From positions 156,958 to 191,527 of the forward strand of contig MU053385.1 of the NCBI GenBank assembly GCA_013239625.1: a DNA stretch of 34,570 nt, written 5' to 3'. The DNA is from Lama guanicoe (lineage: Eukaryota). Under the pieces are notes generated by a model. It made no database searches. It saw nothing but the letters and a program-made list of their open reading frames with translations, and was not told the DNA's origin. This document shows, piece after piece, positions 10,301-22,300 of the stretch (position 1 is the first letter of the stretch; every line of letters begins with the position of its first letter). A program made the translations under genes and the position numbers.

Positions 10301-13300
10301 TACCCCACCCTCAACTCCTGAGGCTCTGCTACTGCCTGCAGGGACGTGCTCTTGTGAGCACTGGTGCATGGCTGTGTGTGTGCAGAGTCCTCCCCCATGC
10401 CAGCATGTCTGCCTGAGCTGCGACAGGCGCTCCAGGGGCAGCCCCCCACCCAGGCCCCCAGGGGCTTGGGGAGGCTGCCAGGCAGACTTATTTTTATTAT
10501 GTCAGAGCTCTCGCTGGAAGGTTTTATACATATAAAACGCTTCCTAAAGCTTGTACGTATTTTCAAAAATACTATTTATGTTGTTAAAAATTTAGGAAAT
10601 TGGTTTTCTTTAAGCTTCCGATTTCAGCTTGTGTGTCGTCATTCCTGTTACAGAACTCACGAGTTCTGTCACTTTGAGGGAGTGGGTTTCTTCCAAGTCA
10701 GCTTATTGACATGTGATTTCACGTGGCATGTAGTGCCCACATCCGTCCCGCCGCCTCTGAGCGCTGCAGTCAGTCTGCCGCCACTCCGGGCACCCCCGCC
10801 GGCCACATGCGGCCCTTCCTGCCTGTCCTGCAGCCTTGCCCAGCACACAGCTCCTGTCTGCCACCTCCCACCCAGCACCCTGCTGCGCCCGCCAGTGGCT
10901 GTTCTGGCCTCCTGCTGAGGGCGGCCCCATTTGGACACACCGCGGTTTGTTGACCCATTTGTCTGTTGGTGACATAGGGGCGTTTGTATTAGTGTACATG
11001 TTACATATGTGAGTGTATGAATGAGCCTACACCTGTGAAGTGTGAATCAATTTTGCATGTGTACACCAGAGAGAGCACAGCTGGGGAAGAGCAGAGTCAG
11101 GGCTGACTGCCTGGTCAGGACGAGGCGCTGACTGCATTGGTCAGGATGGGGAGCCAGCACGAGGCACTACAAGACAGTCGACGGACAGGACAGAGCCTAG
11201 AAACGACTCTCACAGACGGGGCCAGGCGCCTGGGACGGAGAAGAGGCAGTTCAGTGGAGAAGGGAGAGTCTTTTCAACAAGATGGGCCTGGAGTGACCAG
11301 AGGTCCACTTGGAAAGAGTCTAGACACAGACTTTACATGTTTCACAGTGATTGATTTGAAATGGATTATAGACTTAAATGAAAAATAGAAAACTGTAAAA
11401 CTTCTTGAGGAAAACATGGGAGAAAGTCTGGTGACGTTGGTTTGGTGATGACTTTTTAGATAGAATACCAAAAGCAGGATCCATGGAAGAGAAAACAGAC
11501 GCCCAGTACTCTGCGGGGTTGGGGGGTGTGCAGAGGGTATAACTGTAAATACCTCATTATCCTCCTCCGAACACCTTGGGCAAAATACCTTCATTAAAAT
11601 TGAAAACTTCTGCTCTGCAAAACTTGTTGTTAAGACAATGAAAAGACAAGCCACAGGCTGGTAGTAAGGAAGTATTTGCCTAACACACATCTGAAGAAGT
11701 ACTTGCACTGTGCAGCGACCTCCTAAAGCTCACGGTGGGGAAGCCAGCAGCGCAGGGCAAACTGGGCAGGCGATCTGCACGGACACCAGAGGTCACACAC
11801 GAGGAGGCGCTCACATCACCTGGCAGGGAGGTGCCGCCTGCACCTCAGGAGCCCCGCGACGTGAACCCAGCAGCACCACGGGCTGGTGAGGTTGTGGAGC
11901 CACAGACGCTGCCCCATCACTGGTGGGGTGCACGTGGGGCTGCCGCTCCGGGAGACGGCTTGGAGTCTCTCGTGGGACCAGACACTCCCACCGTGTGGTC
12001 CAGCGGTTGTGCTCCTTGGTGTTTACCCAGAGCAGCTGAAACTTACCACACAGAAACCTGCACACGGGTGTTCATAGGAGCAACCAAGACGTCCCTCATG
12101 GGTGAGTGGGCAGACACACGAGGACACTTGTTCGATGGACTCACTAAGCAGTAAGGGGAATGAGCTGTCGAGCTGTGGAGACACGGATGAAGCTTAAATG
12201 CAGGTTGCTGAGTGAGAGAAGCTGTCTGAGAAGGGGCCGTGCTGTATGAGTCTAGCTCTGTGATGTGCTGGAAAAGGCACGCTGTGCGATGATGAAAAGA
12301 TCAGTGGTTTCCAGGGCAGAGGGAGAATGAGTAGGTGGAGTGTGGGATTTTTTAGGGATTTTTTGAAACTGCTGTGTGTGATACTGTAATGGAGAATACA
12401 TGCCCCTGTGTGTTTGTCAAAACTGTGGGACTTTAATGTATGCAGATTGAACCACGCTCCTTGGAGAAACGGCCGGTGCCAGGGCCGGGACAGGGGAGCC
12501 CAGGGTGGGCCTGGAGTGTCTCCTTGGCAGCCCCCACAGAGATGTGTGTCCCAGAGGTACAGAAGCTGAATAAAAGCAGCCGAAGCTGGAACAATTTGAG
12601 CAACAAAATCAACAGAGTAATCTCGAATGATAACCCAAAGTGTAACGTAGACGTCCATGAGGCCATGTTGATAGAAGAAACGGTCGAATGTGTGAGTCGG
12701 GGAGAAGACAAGTCTCCCACGCAGAGGATGTCCCCTCAGGCTGTGCAGAGGGCCTCCCTTCCGAGGGTGCGGTGTGTGGGGGGCCACCTCGACACCCACC
12801 CGAGCATCGAGAATCAGCGGTGGCGTGTCCCTGTGAGGGTGTGGCACGGGCGGCCCCTCACACCTGCGGTCTCCTGCTCAGCCAGTAGCTTGCAGCCTTA
12901 ACTAGGGGCTTCACAGCCCTCTGCCCAGCCTCCCAGACCAGGGACCGTCTGAGGATCCGCGCAGCCCAGAGGAGCTGAAGGAGACATGATGACTGATTGC
13001 CGCGGAGGTCTGGAGTGGGGTCCTGGGGCAGAAAAGGGACATGAAGTAAAAACCGAGGAAATCCGGGAGCACTGCCGACTTCGGTGTATCAGCGTCAGTT
13101 CGCTAACTGACAGAGGTGCCCTCCTGACAGTAGAGGGGCTGGGCTTGGGGAGTGTGGGAAGCTCTGTACTGTCTTGGCAGCTTTTCTGTTCTAAAATTAA
13201 AAGGTTACTTTAATGTGTAATTTAGTCACTTTTCTTTAAAAGTCAGTCCTCCTGGACAACAAGTCTTCCCACGAAATCGTAGATGTTACAGTAGGATGTG

Positions 13301-16300
13301 CACCCGAGGTCAGGGTCGTGGGCTGACCCGGGAGGGACAGGCTGCTCAGCACCGCGTGGCATAGGCCTCTCCTTAGTTCCGCCCTTGTGGTGTCTCCATG
13401 TGTCACCCCCAGCTCTGAGGCCGTCTCGCAGTGGCCCCGACAGTGGCCTCACTGGACAGCTGCCCCTTTCATAGGGCGGGGGGGTATCTAACAACCCTTT
13501 CAGTGGGTTCTGGGAAGGTGCCCGCCGTCCCCTAGGCAGCCCTGTGTGGACCTTCCACACCCACCCACCGCTGGCACCGAGCCCGGGGCGGGGCGCTAGT
13601 GAGAGCTGGCTCTGTGTGGCCAGCGCCCAGCCCGTCCCTTGCCATCACAGCAGCCCCGCAGGACCGGGTGCGGCGGCCCCAGTGGGACGCGCCGTTGGGC
13701 CCCCAGCCCTATCACCCTTCCATCGTAGGGCTTCAGTGACGCTGAATCATCAAGTACGGGGTTTCAGGCGGTTTTTGTTGTGTGTTTGTTTTAATGTGAA
13801 GCACGTCTTGGTGGTGAGGCCCCTGATGGTGTGAGTAACTCCTGGCCCCCAGTGGAAGGGCCTTCTTCCGAGGGCACTGCTGCCTCTGGGTGGTTGGAGC
13901 TGGTCTGGGCTGCTGAGGCCCCCTGGCCTCCCTGCTTCCGTCCCCTCTGCCCAGGGGTCAGGGGCTGTCACCACAGTGGGCGTCCTGGGGGTCCCTCCCA
14001 CCTCCTGCCTGGGAGGAACCGACAGGGGCTTGGTGCTTACGCACACTGAGGGGCTGTTTGTTCTTTATTTGCAGAGGTATTGTGGCCAGTATTTTGGTTT
14101 TCTTATGTTTTGGAGTCACACAAGCTAAAGACGGGCCATTTTCCAGACCTCATCCAGGTAACTCGCCAATTCCCTTTCCGTGTGTGCCCGCGTGGCAGTT
14201 CTGTTCTGAGGGTTGCTCTGTGTCTGCTGCTGCGTGTGCGTGTCTTGGCCCCCTTTCCTGGCCCCCAGCCAGCCACGCAAGTGGCCGGTGAGGAGGGTGG
14301 GCGAGGGGCTTTCAGACCTGTCTCCAGGTCTCTTCCTGTGGCCGCTGGACCTCCTTGGGGCCCTCCTCTGTCCTCCCACTCTTTGCCCTGTCCTGGACCT
14401 GTCCTGGCCCTTCTGTCCCGTCTCTGCCCACTCCGCCTCAGTCAGGGCCATCCTCCTGTAGACGGAGATACCCCTGGGGCCGTCCAGTGGCATTGGGGTG
14501 GGCTCGAGCTGGTGGCGCTGCCGTCAGCTGTGAGGTGCCCACCCTGCTGTTGGGGGCTCCCCAGGTGGCGACTGCAGCAAGGTTTCTGTCTCTGCCCCCC
14601 ACCCCCACCCTGAAGTTGTGGGGCCTTCTAACCATGCCGGGCGTCCCCTCAGAGCTGGAAGGCATGGCTCAGGCCCCCCAGCATGTCTGGGGTCCCAGCC
14701 TCACTGAGGGGTCGTCTCTGAGGGCAGGGGGTGGTCGGTCTCCTGAAGGGTCACAACTTAGTGATACGTTTCTTTTCTGTCTCAGTAAAGGTGTGTATTT
14801 ATTGTAGAACATTTCGAAAATACAATTTTTAAATTTAAATAAAAAGCACTCACAATAACCACTGCTCAGTTTCAGTGTGTCTGTATATGTGTGTACGTAC
14901 GCAGCTGTGAAAAATTGGCATCACACCATACGTGTGGTTTTATATCGTGCATTTTTCCCTTCAGGTTTAACATAAGCATTTTCTCATTCATTTTTTATGC
15001 AACAGCTGGAATTTTGGTGGCTGCTTGTTTAGCCGTCGTTTGAATGTACAGCAACCTACTGAGCCAGTCCTGTGTCATTTTATGTGTAGAGTTTCCAGTT
15101 TTATTGTAATAAACCAGGCTGTAGTAGGTTTCCACACATAGACCTGTGTGTACATATGATCATTCATGTGACGAAAGTTCCAGGAGGGGAAGTGGCGGAT
15201 TAAGGGTGTGAGTGTTTGGGCGCCTGATGGTTGCCCTCTGGAAAAGGTGTGTGCACCCAGCGGCCAGTATGCACTGGGGGCTCATGGAATTGAGCGAGGC
15301 GCCAGGGTGTTCTGAGCCGGGCAGGGGCTCGCCATCTGCTCTGTCCTGGTAGTGCCTGGTGGGGACCAGGGTGCTGGATGAAGCCTGTGTGGTCCGACTG
15401 CAGGGCCTGCTCTACCTGCTCAGTGGTCTAGGTGCATCCAGTCTTGATGTGGGGGGGGGGTGCTCCTAGCCAGAGCAGTGGGAAAGTGAGGTGAAGTATA
15501 AGAACCACCAAAATCACAGTGAAAAGCCAGGTTTAAGTGCTGTCAGATCGAGCTGGAAGGAAGAGAGGGGCTGCTGGAAACGCACCCAGTGCTTGTCTGT
15601 GGTGACGCACTGTGCCGGGCGGAGCTGTGAGCAGGACTGGCAGGCAGGCCCGGGGGTGCCTCAGGGCTCCAGCTTCAAGTCTTCCTTGTCTGAAAGCTCT
15701 CACCAGGGCCCCTCTGGGCCTAGTGGGCATCAAGCCGGCTCCCCTTCGGCAGAGGGCAGTGTGGTGCTTTCTGGGTCTGTTTTCTGAGCTTTGCTCTTCA
15801 GTTGCTGTTTTTCTGCTGACCTTGATCAATTAATGAGGGAGCTCGTCCTGGAGCATTGTCTTTCGGATGTTTTGTCTCGGTAGCCTGGTGGTTGGCGAGA
15901 AACCCTCAGGGTCTCAAATCAGGTTACACTAGAAGTGGCTCTGGGATCAGTCCTGGGCTGCACGCTGAGGGGCCAGGGAGAAGGGCTTTCTGGCCCCAAA
16001 AGGAGGTGCTTTGGGGTCTCCGCCCACACCCTGCCCCGCAGGCCTGGGCCCTGGTAGCCACGAGGGAAGCTGACAAGAGGCCCCAGGTCTGCCTGTCTGG
16101 GGGCTGCTTTATTTGGAAGCTTGAATTGGCTATAGGTCCAGATGGGACTGGCCCATCTGTGGCTCCCTCTGAAAGCTGGAGTAAGTATGAATGTTTCCAG
16201 TGCTGCTAAGGTGGCCAGATTCGATGTTTAGGAGGAAAATAGGAGTGTTGGGTTGGGGAGGGGTTGGGCTCCGAGTCAGGAAACCAACTTCAGGAGTCTC

Positions 16301-19300
16301 GGGGGTGGTCCAGGGAGAGATGGCAGCTGTGGAGCAGAAACCCTGGCCGTGGGGCACCTAGGTGTTTGGGGTGGGGTGGGCGGGTCTAGGCCGAGTGTGA
16401 TGGGGAGTCTGGGGGCCGTACGGGGAACGTCGGGCAGTGACGGTGCCACTGCAGATGCGAGACGCGTCTTCGTGGGAGGAGGCTGGCTGTCACCGCAGCT
16501 GAGCGGCCCCAAGTCACCTCCCTGCCACCCGCTGCCTGCTGCTGCAGCTCTTGAACCAGGGAGTTTTCTAGGCTTCTCCCATCCTTAAGGGCGCAAAGAA
16601 TAAGTTTGTCACCTCAGCCGTGTGTCTCCAGTGTCTCAGAATGTTAGTCAGCTTCCCTGAAAACTGGCCACGTCAGTGAATCTCTGTGGCCGCTTCTCCC
16701 GGCAGGTAGGTCAGACACAGGCCTGAGGGCCCTGTGTGCCTTCCGTGAGCCGCTGCCCAGGGAGCCGCCTGGCGCCTCAGCTCACCCGCTGGAGCTGAGG
16801 CGCGAGGGCCCGGGGCGGACACGGGCGAATGCAGACTCCCTGGGGAGGCCATGGCCCAGCCTTGGGTCTCCAGCTTGTGGGCGGGCCCGGTTTGTTTCAA
16901 GATGAATGAGCTTTTGCAGGTAGGCTGGTGGGTTTCTAGTGGACGTAAGCCTAGGGCAATCAGATACCTTAGGCCTTTGTTAACAGGTTTATGAAGAGTC
17001 TTGGACGGTTCTAGACCTTCCCCTTCTCGTTCCCTCATCCCCCGGTGGGAAGTTGAGCCTTCTGTGTGAGAGCATGGAGAGCAGACGGTGAGCGAGAAGC
17101 CCTCGCTCGTAAGAGGAATTCTGAGGGACACCTCTTTCTGTCTCCAGCTTTGTTGGAATGTAGCTGGCACATACCGTGTAAGTTGAAGGTATACAGTATG
17201 ACGATTTGATGCACATACATCGCAAAATTAATACTCCAGAGGGGTTAGTTGTCACCCCACGTAACCCTATCTGCTTCTGTGGTGAGAACGTGTACCATCT
17301 ACTCTCTCAGCAGCCCTAAGGGTGAAGTGCAGCCCTGCTGGTCACCGGAGGGCAGGCTCTTAAGACTGCTGACTGAAGCTTATGACAGGTTCCCGAAACA
17401 GGTCGTTATGACCAAATTGCTTTTATCCCGGGAATTCGGGAATGGTTTAACACTAGAGAATTTGTTAATACCATTCGTCACATTAACACTGAGGGAAAAA
17501 GTAGATCCTCGTATAAACTTTCGTACTCATTTTTGATAGAAGCATAGTGCATTAGAATTGAAAGATTATCTTAACATGGTGGAAGGTGTCCACCAAAACC
17601 CTGCAGACTGACTTCACAATGAAAGTCAACACAAGGCAGGAGCGCTTGCCGCCCCGCTCTGTCCTCTGAGCTGCAGGGAGACGAGCAGAGGTGGAGGCCC
17701 GGGGACGGGCACGCAGCTGGGGAGACTGCTCACCTCTGACCGAGGTCTTGCTTTGTGAAGTGTCTGCCGGGGGCCCGAGAGGGGCCTGGACTGGGGCCCG
17801 CGCGTGTCCAGGAGCCGCACAGGGGACGGGACAGCCAGGTTCCAGCAGGGCTGGCGCCCCTAATGCCTCTGTGTTCTGTGTCTTTGCAGCTTATTGGAGG
17901 TTCTGGCTCTGCGTTAGTGTGGTCTACGAGCTGTTCCTCATCTTTATACTCTTCCAGGTAAGCGGCTTTTCTGGGTTATGAACTGTGGGAACTAGGTGAG
18001 TGAAAGGTGGCAGAGAAGGCTTTGCATGTCAGCACCTCCCCGTCTCTGATGGGAGGCAGGGCTGGACCCTGTCCCGGTGGGCAGAGGTTGCGGAGGGAAG
18101 GTGGGAACTGTCGCCTTTACCAGTCTCCTTTCAGCGGCATGGGCCTCTGGGCCCGCTGTGCTGTGTGGGTCGGAGGGATGATGCGTTGGGATGCAGGCGC
18201 CTGGAGGGTAGTCTCTGCTTTGAGTTGCAGGTGCTTCATCTGAGCGCCAGGCCGCGCCCCGGGGGGAGCACCGCTGACCCCTGACACGGGCGCTCTGGGT
18301 GTTGGAGGTGGACCTGGGGCCCGTGGCTGCACAGTTTGTTTCTGGCTTTGTGGCTTCCCTCCCTCCTGCACATGTTCACAGGTGGTCAGGGTGAAGGGTG
18401 GAGACTCACTTCCTCAGTAGATAAACCTTGGATCAGGATTTGTTGCCACTAGTGTCCATTTGAGTAATCCTCCTTGTTCTGGTTAACCCAGGGAACCACA
18501 TTTGGTGGTGGTCTTCAGTCATCAGTCTCAGCTCTGCCGGTGACGGCGGGGCTGTGTATCGTCATAGAGACATGTGTACGGCGCTGTTCACACCTGCGCA
18601 GACACCACAGCTGGGCGCGGAGCAGTCTTGTCACCCAGCCCCCCTCGGGCGCCCTGGGCAGCTGCATGGCCCCCGGCCCTCCCCCAGCAGCACAGCGTTG
18701 TCTCTTGGAGAGTCTCCTGTGGATGGAACTGTGCGGAATTCATCCAGGCTGCGTGCCGCCAACACCCGCTCCTTGTTCTTGCGAGGGGTCCCTGGCAGGT
18801 GTGCTGCCATCGTTCCCGGTGTCGGGGACACTGTGTTGTGTCGAGTTTGGGCAAATATGAGTGGGGCTGCTCTGAGCCCTCCTGTACAGGCTTTTGTGTG
18901 AACCTGAGCGTTTATTTCTTGAGGGCAAACACACATTAGGTGTGTTTCGCTTTCCGGGTCGCTGCGGGCTGCTCCCCGGGGCGGCGGTGTCCCTGCCGTC
19001 GCCAGGATGCTTTGCTTTAGCGAGTGTCTTGTCACGGATGTAAGTGTGCTTCCAGAGTGGCCAGTGGTGCTGGCCGGCCAGTGCTTCACGAGCCGTGACA
19101 CGTCCTTTTTGGGGAAGTATTCGTCTTTTGCCCTTCTTAATAATTGGGTGGTTTGTTTTTGTAATGTCTGGTTATGGCAACTTTTTACATAGTTCTGATG
19201 CCAGGTCCTTTATTGATGGGTGATTTAAAATATTTTCTCCAGGCCTGTCGCTGGTCCCTCATTCCTTACCAGTGGCGTTTGTTGTGTCTTTTCTTTTTGT

Positions 19301-22300
19301 GCTTTGATGTCATGTCTAAGATTTCTTTGACACGAGGTTAAGATTTTTTCTTGTATTCTAAAACCCACATGGTCTTCTATTTTGCATGAGATTGCCCATT
19401 CTTTGAGATATTTTACATTGAGATTGTCCACTGAGTTTTTTTACATTTTGTCTTGAAGTAATTACAGATTCACAAGAAGTTGTGAAAAGTTGTATGGGTA
19501 TGTCTCATGTTCCTTCACCTAGTTCCCCAGTATTTTGCATAAATACAGGACAGTATCAAACCAGGAAAGTGGTTTTGGAGCCATCCACAGAGCTTGTCCG
19601 TCCAGTTTTACATACATGCATACATACACACGTCTGTATGTAGAAGTGCTTAATTTTTATAGTTTTATTCCAGTGTGTTTAATTAAAAATTTTTAAAATT
19701 GTAGTAAAAAAACATAACATACAATTTATAATATTAACCATCCTTAAGCGCACAGCTCAGTGGCATGAAGCACAGCCGCACTATTGTGTGACCAGCACAC
19801 CATCATCTCCAGAACTTGTCCCTCTCCCCAAACTGACGCTCTGTCCCCATTAAACACGCGCTCCCCTCCCCCTCCCCAGCCCCGCCCGCCCCTCTCTGTG
19901 GATCTGACTCCCCCGGGGACCCCATGTGAGTGGAGTCGCACAGGACCTGTCCTTCCATATCTGGTTCATTCCACTCGGCACCACGTCCCCAAGGCCCATC
20001 GTGCTGTAGCTGGGTCGGAATGCCCTTCCTTCTTACGGCTGAGTAGTGGCCCATCGTGTGGATGGACCACGCTGTGTGTCCACTCACTGTGCTGTGTGGA
20101 CACTTGGGCCCCCTCCACCTCTTGGTTGCTGTGAGGAGCCCCACGTGGACGTGGGCAAAAGGATCTGCCCGAGTCCCTGCCCTCCATCTCTGTGAGGACA
20201 CACCCCGACATGGCAGCGCCGAGTGAGTCCGTGCTCAGCCTTCAGAGCAGCTGCCACACTGTCCGCCACGGCGGCTGTGCTCATTCCACATCCCCACCAG
20301 CAGCGCCCAAGATTCCAGTTTCTCCATGGTCTGGCCAACACTTTTTATTTTACCTTTTTTTCTCTATCTGTTTTTTTTTGGTGTGACGTGGTAAATGGTA
20401 TCTCGTGTGGTTTGACTTGTGTTTCCCTGATGCCTGGTGATGCTCAGCATATTTCATGTGCCCGTTGGACATTTGTATGTCTTCTTTGTAGACCAGCTTT
20501 TGTTCTGATTGATTTCTCATGGTCCGTATTTTGTTCCTTTATTTAAAATAAACTTTATTGTAAAGCAAATCATAGAACTGTGAAGTTAGTGCAGAGTTCC
20601 CATCAGCCCTGCACCCAGCTCTCCTGTGGCAAACGTGGGCTGTGGTCCATCACCCCCTTCTTACCTGAGCCCCCCACGCCCCTGCGGGACGTTCTCCATG
20701 TGCGGCTCCTTCACCTCCTGTGGTTTTCAGAGTCTACCTTTTGCGCTTCCTCTGTTGAGTTTATTCCTGAGGGTTTCACTCTTTTTGATGCTGTCATAAG
20801 TGAAATGTCGTCATTTCGTGCTGGTCTGCTCATTTCCGGCATCTAGAAGTGCAGCTTGTTCTGTCTGTGGACCTGTGTCCTGCAGCCTGTCTGTGCCCGC
20901 CGGTCCATTCCAACAGCTCTGCTGTCTGGCGGGCCTGGCCGTTCCCTGCGCAGGCTCACGTCTGCAGCAAGGAGATTCCTGCCTCTCCCTTCCCAGCCTG
21001 GGTGTCTGTCTGTCCTTCTCTGGCCTCCCTGCCCAGCGGCAGCCTCACCACCCCTCGTCTTGGTGGGGCGCCCTGCCCTCCCCAGGCCGCTTGTCCTGGG
21101 AGGAGGGCGCCCTTTTCCTCGTTGGTTGAGTGTATTTATCTTGGGAGGTGTTGGAGTTCGTCCAGTGCTGCTTCTGTGTCCAGTGAGATGTGTGGGTTCT
21201 CCCTTTGTTGAGATGACACACTGCGTTGATTCATTTTCTTATTTTGAGCCAGCTTAGCATTCCTGGGATAAATCCCACTTGGGCATGGTGTATGGCCCTT
21301 TTTATATAGTGCTGGATTCAGTTTCCTAGTATTCTGTTGAGGATTTTTGCGTCTGTACTTGCAAGACACACTGTGGTTTGCCTGTAATGTCTGGCTTTTT
21401 GGTTTTGGAATCAAGGTTGCTGGGGGTTTGTCCGGTGTTTCTCTCATGATCTGACACAGGATTCTGACTTGGTGCCAACCCCGCCCCCTGGCTGAGGGGT
21501 GTCCGTCGCGTCCCCCTCCACGCCGCGCCCTCGGGAGGGAGGTCCCGCTGCACATCTTGAGGGGGGAGCTTCTGCTTGGGAGACTTGTTTCTTCTCCCCG
21601 ACCCACGTTTTCCGTCACGTCTTGTACCAGCACGGCCTCACGGACGTCCGTGTTGCACTCTGGGTTATAATTCAGTACTCGGTTGATTTTGTTGCTCAAG
21701 TTGCTTTGGCCACTGGGAGATTTCACACACCACGTCGTCGTGGGTTCTTGGTGTTTTGTCTTGTGTTTCTGAGCACCTGCTCTCTGGGGAGTCCCTGCCC
21801 CAGCCCTGGACTCGGCCGTTCCTCCAAGGAGCCTGGTTCCTTTGTTGGAGGATGGTCTCGGGAACCAGGCCCTGGGCCCTTTTGGCCAACAGCAGGGAGA
21901 CGTGTGGGTCCTGACAGGTGTGTCTGCAGATGTTTTAGAAACAGCCGGTTCAGGGGGCCCCTGCTGCCCAAGCTGCCGGCTGCTAGCCACCGGCCTCCCG
22001 CCTCCCTCTCCAGGGAGCCACATCACACGGGGGCCCGAGGCATCAGCCGGCCTCACTGGCCTTTGCTGGAGTGGACGGTCATGGTCTGGAACTCTGACTT
22101 CCTTGGGTCATGAGCCTTCAGATGCCCCAATGTAGAGACTTTCTATGCTTGACCAGCTGTTCACCTCCCAGGGGGTTGAGCATCCAGGGGTCTGACCCTG
22201 CAGACCCGGCCTCCAGAGCCGAGTCCAAGAGGCCATCCCTCTGACTCGGGAATGTGGCGCTGTTGTCAGCCCCTCGGATCCAGTGTCACCCGGGTCGTGT

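Noticed and set aside
12440..12901. Similar peptides in ORFs 12440-12901 (+) and 21136-22056 (-), suggesting a paralogous small gene family
   Set aside because: The similarity comes from two copies of a non-coding L1 3'UTR segment; kept only as an inverted-repeat finding.
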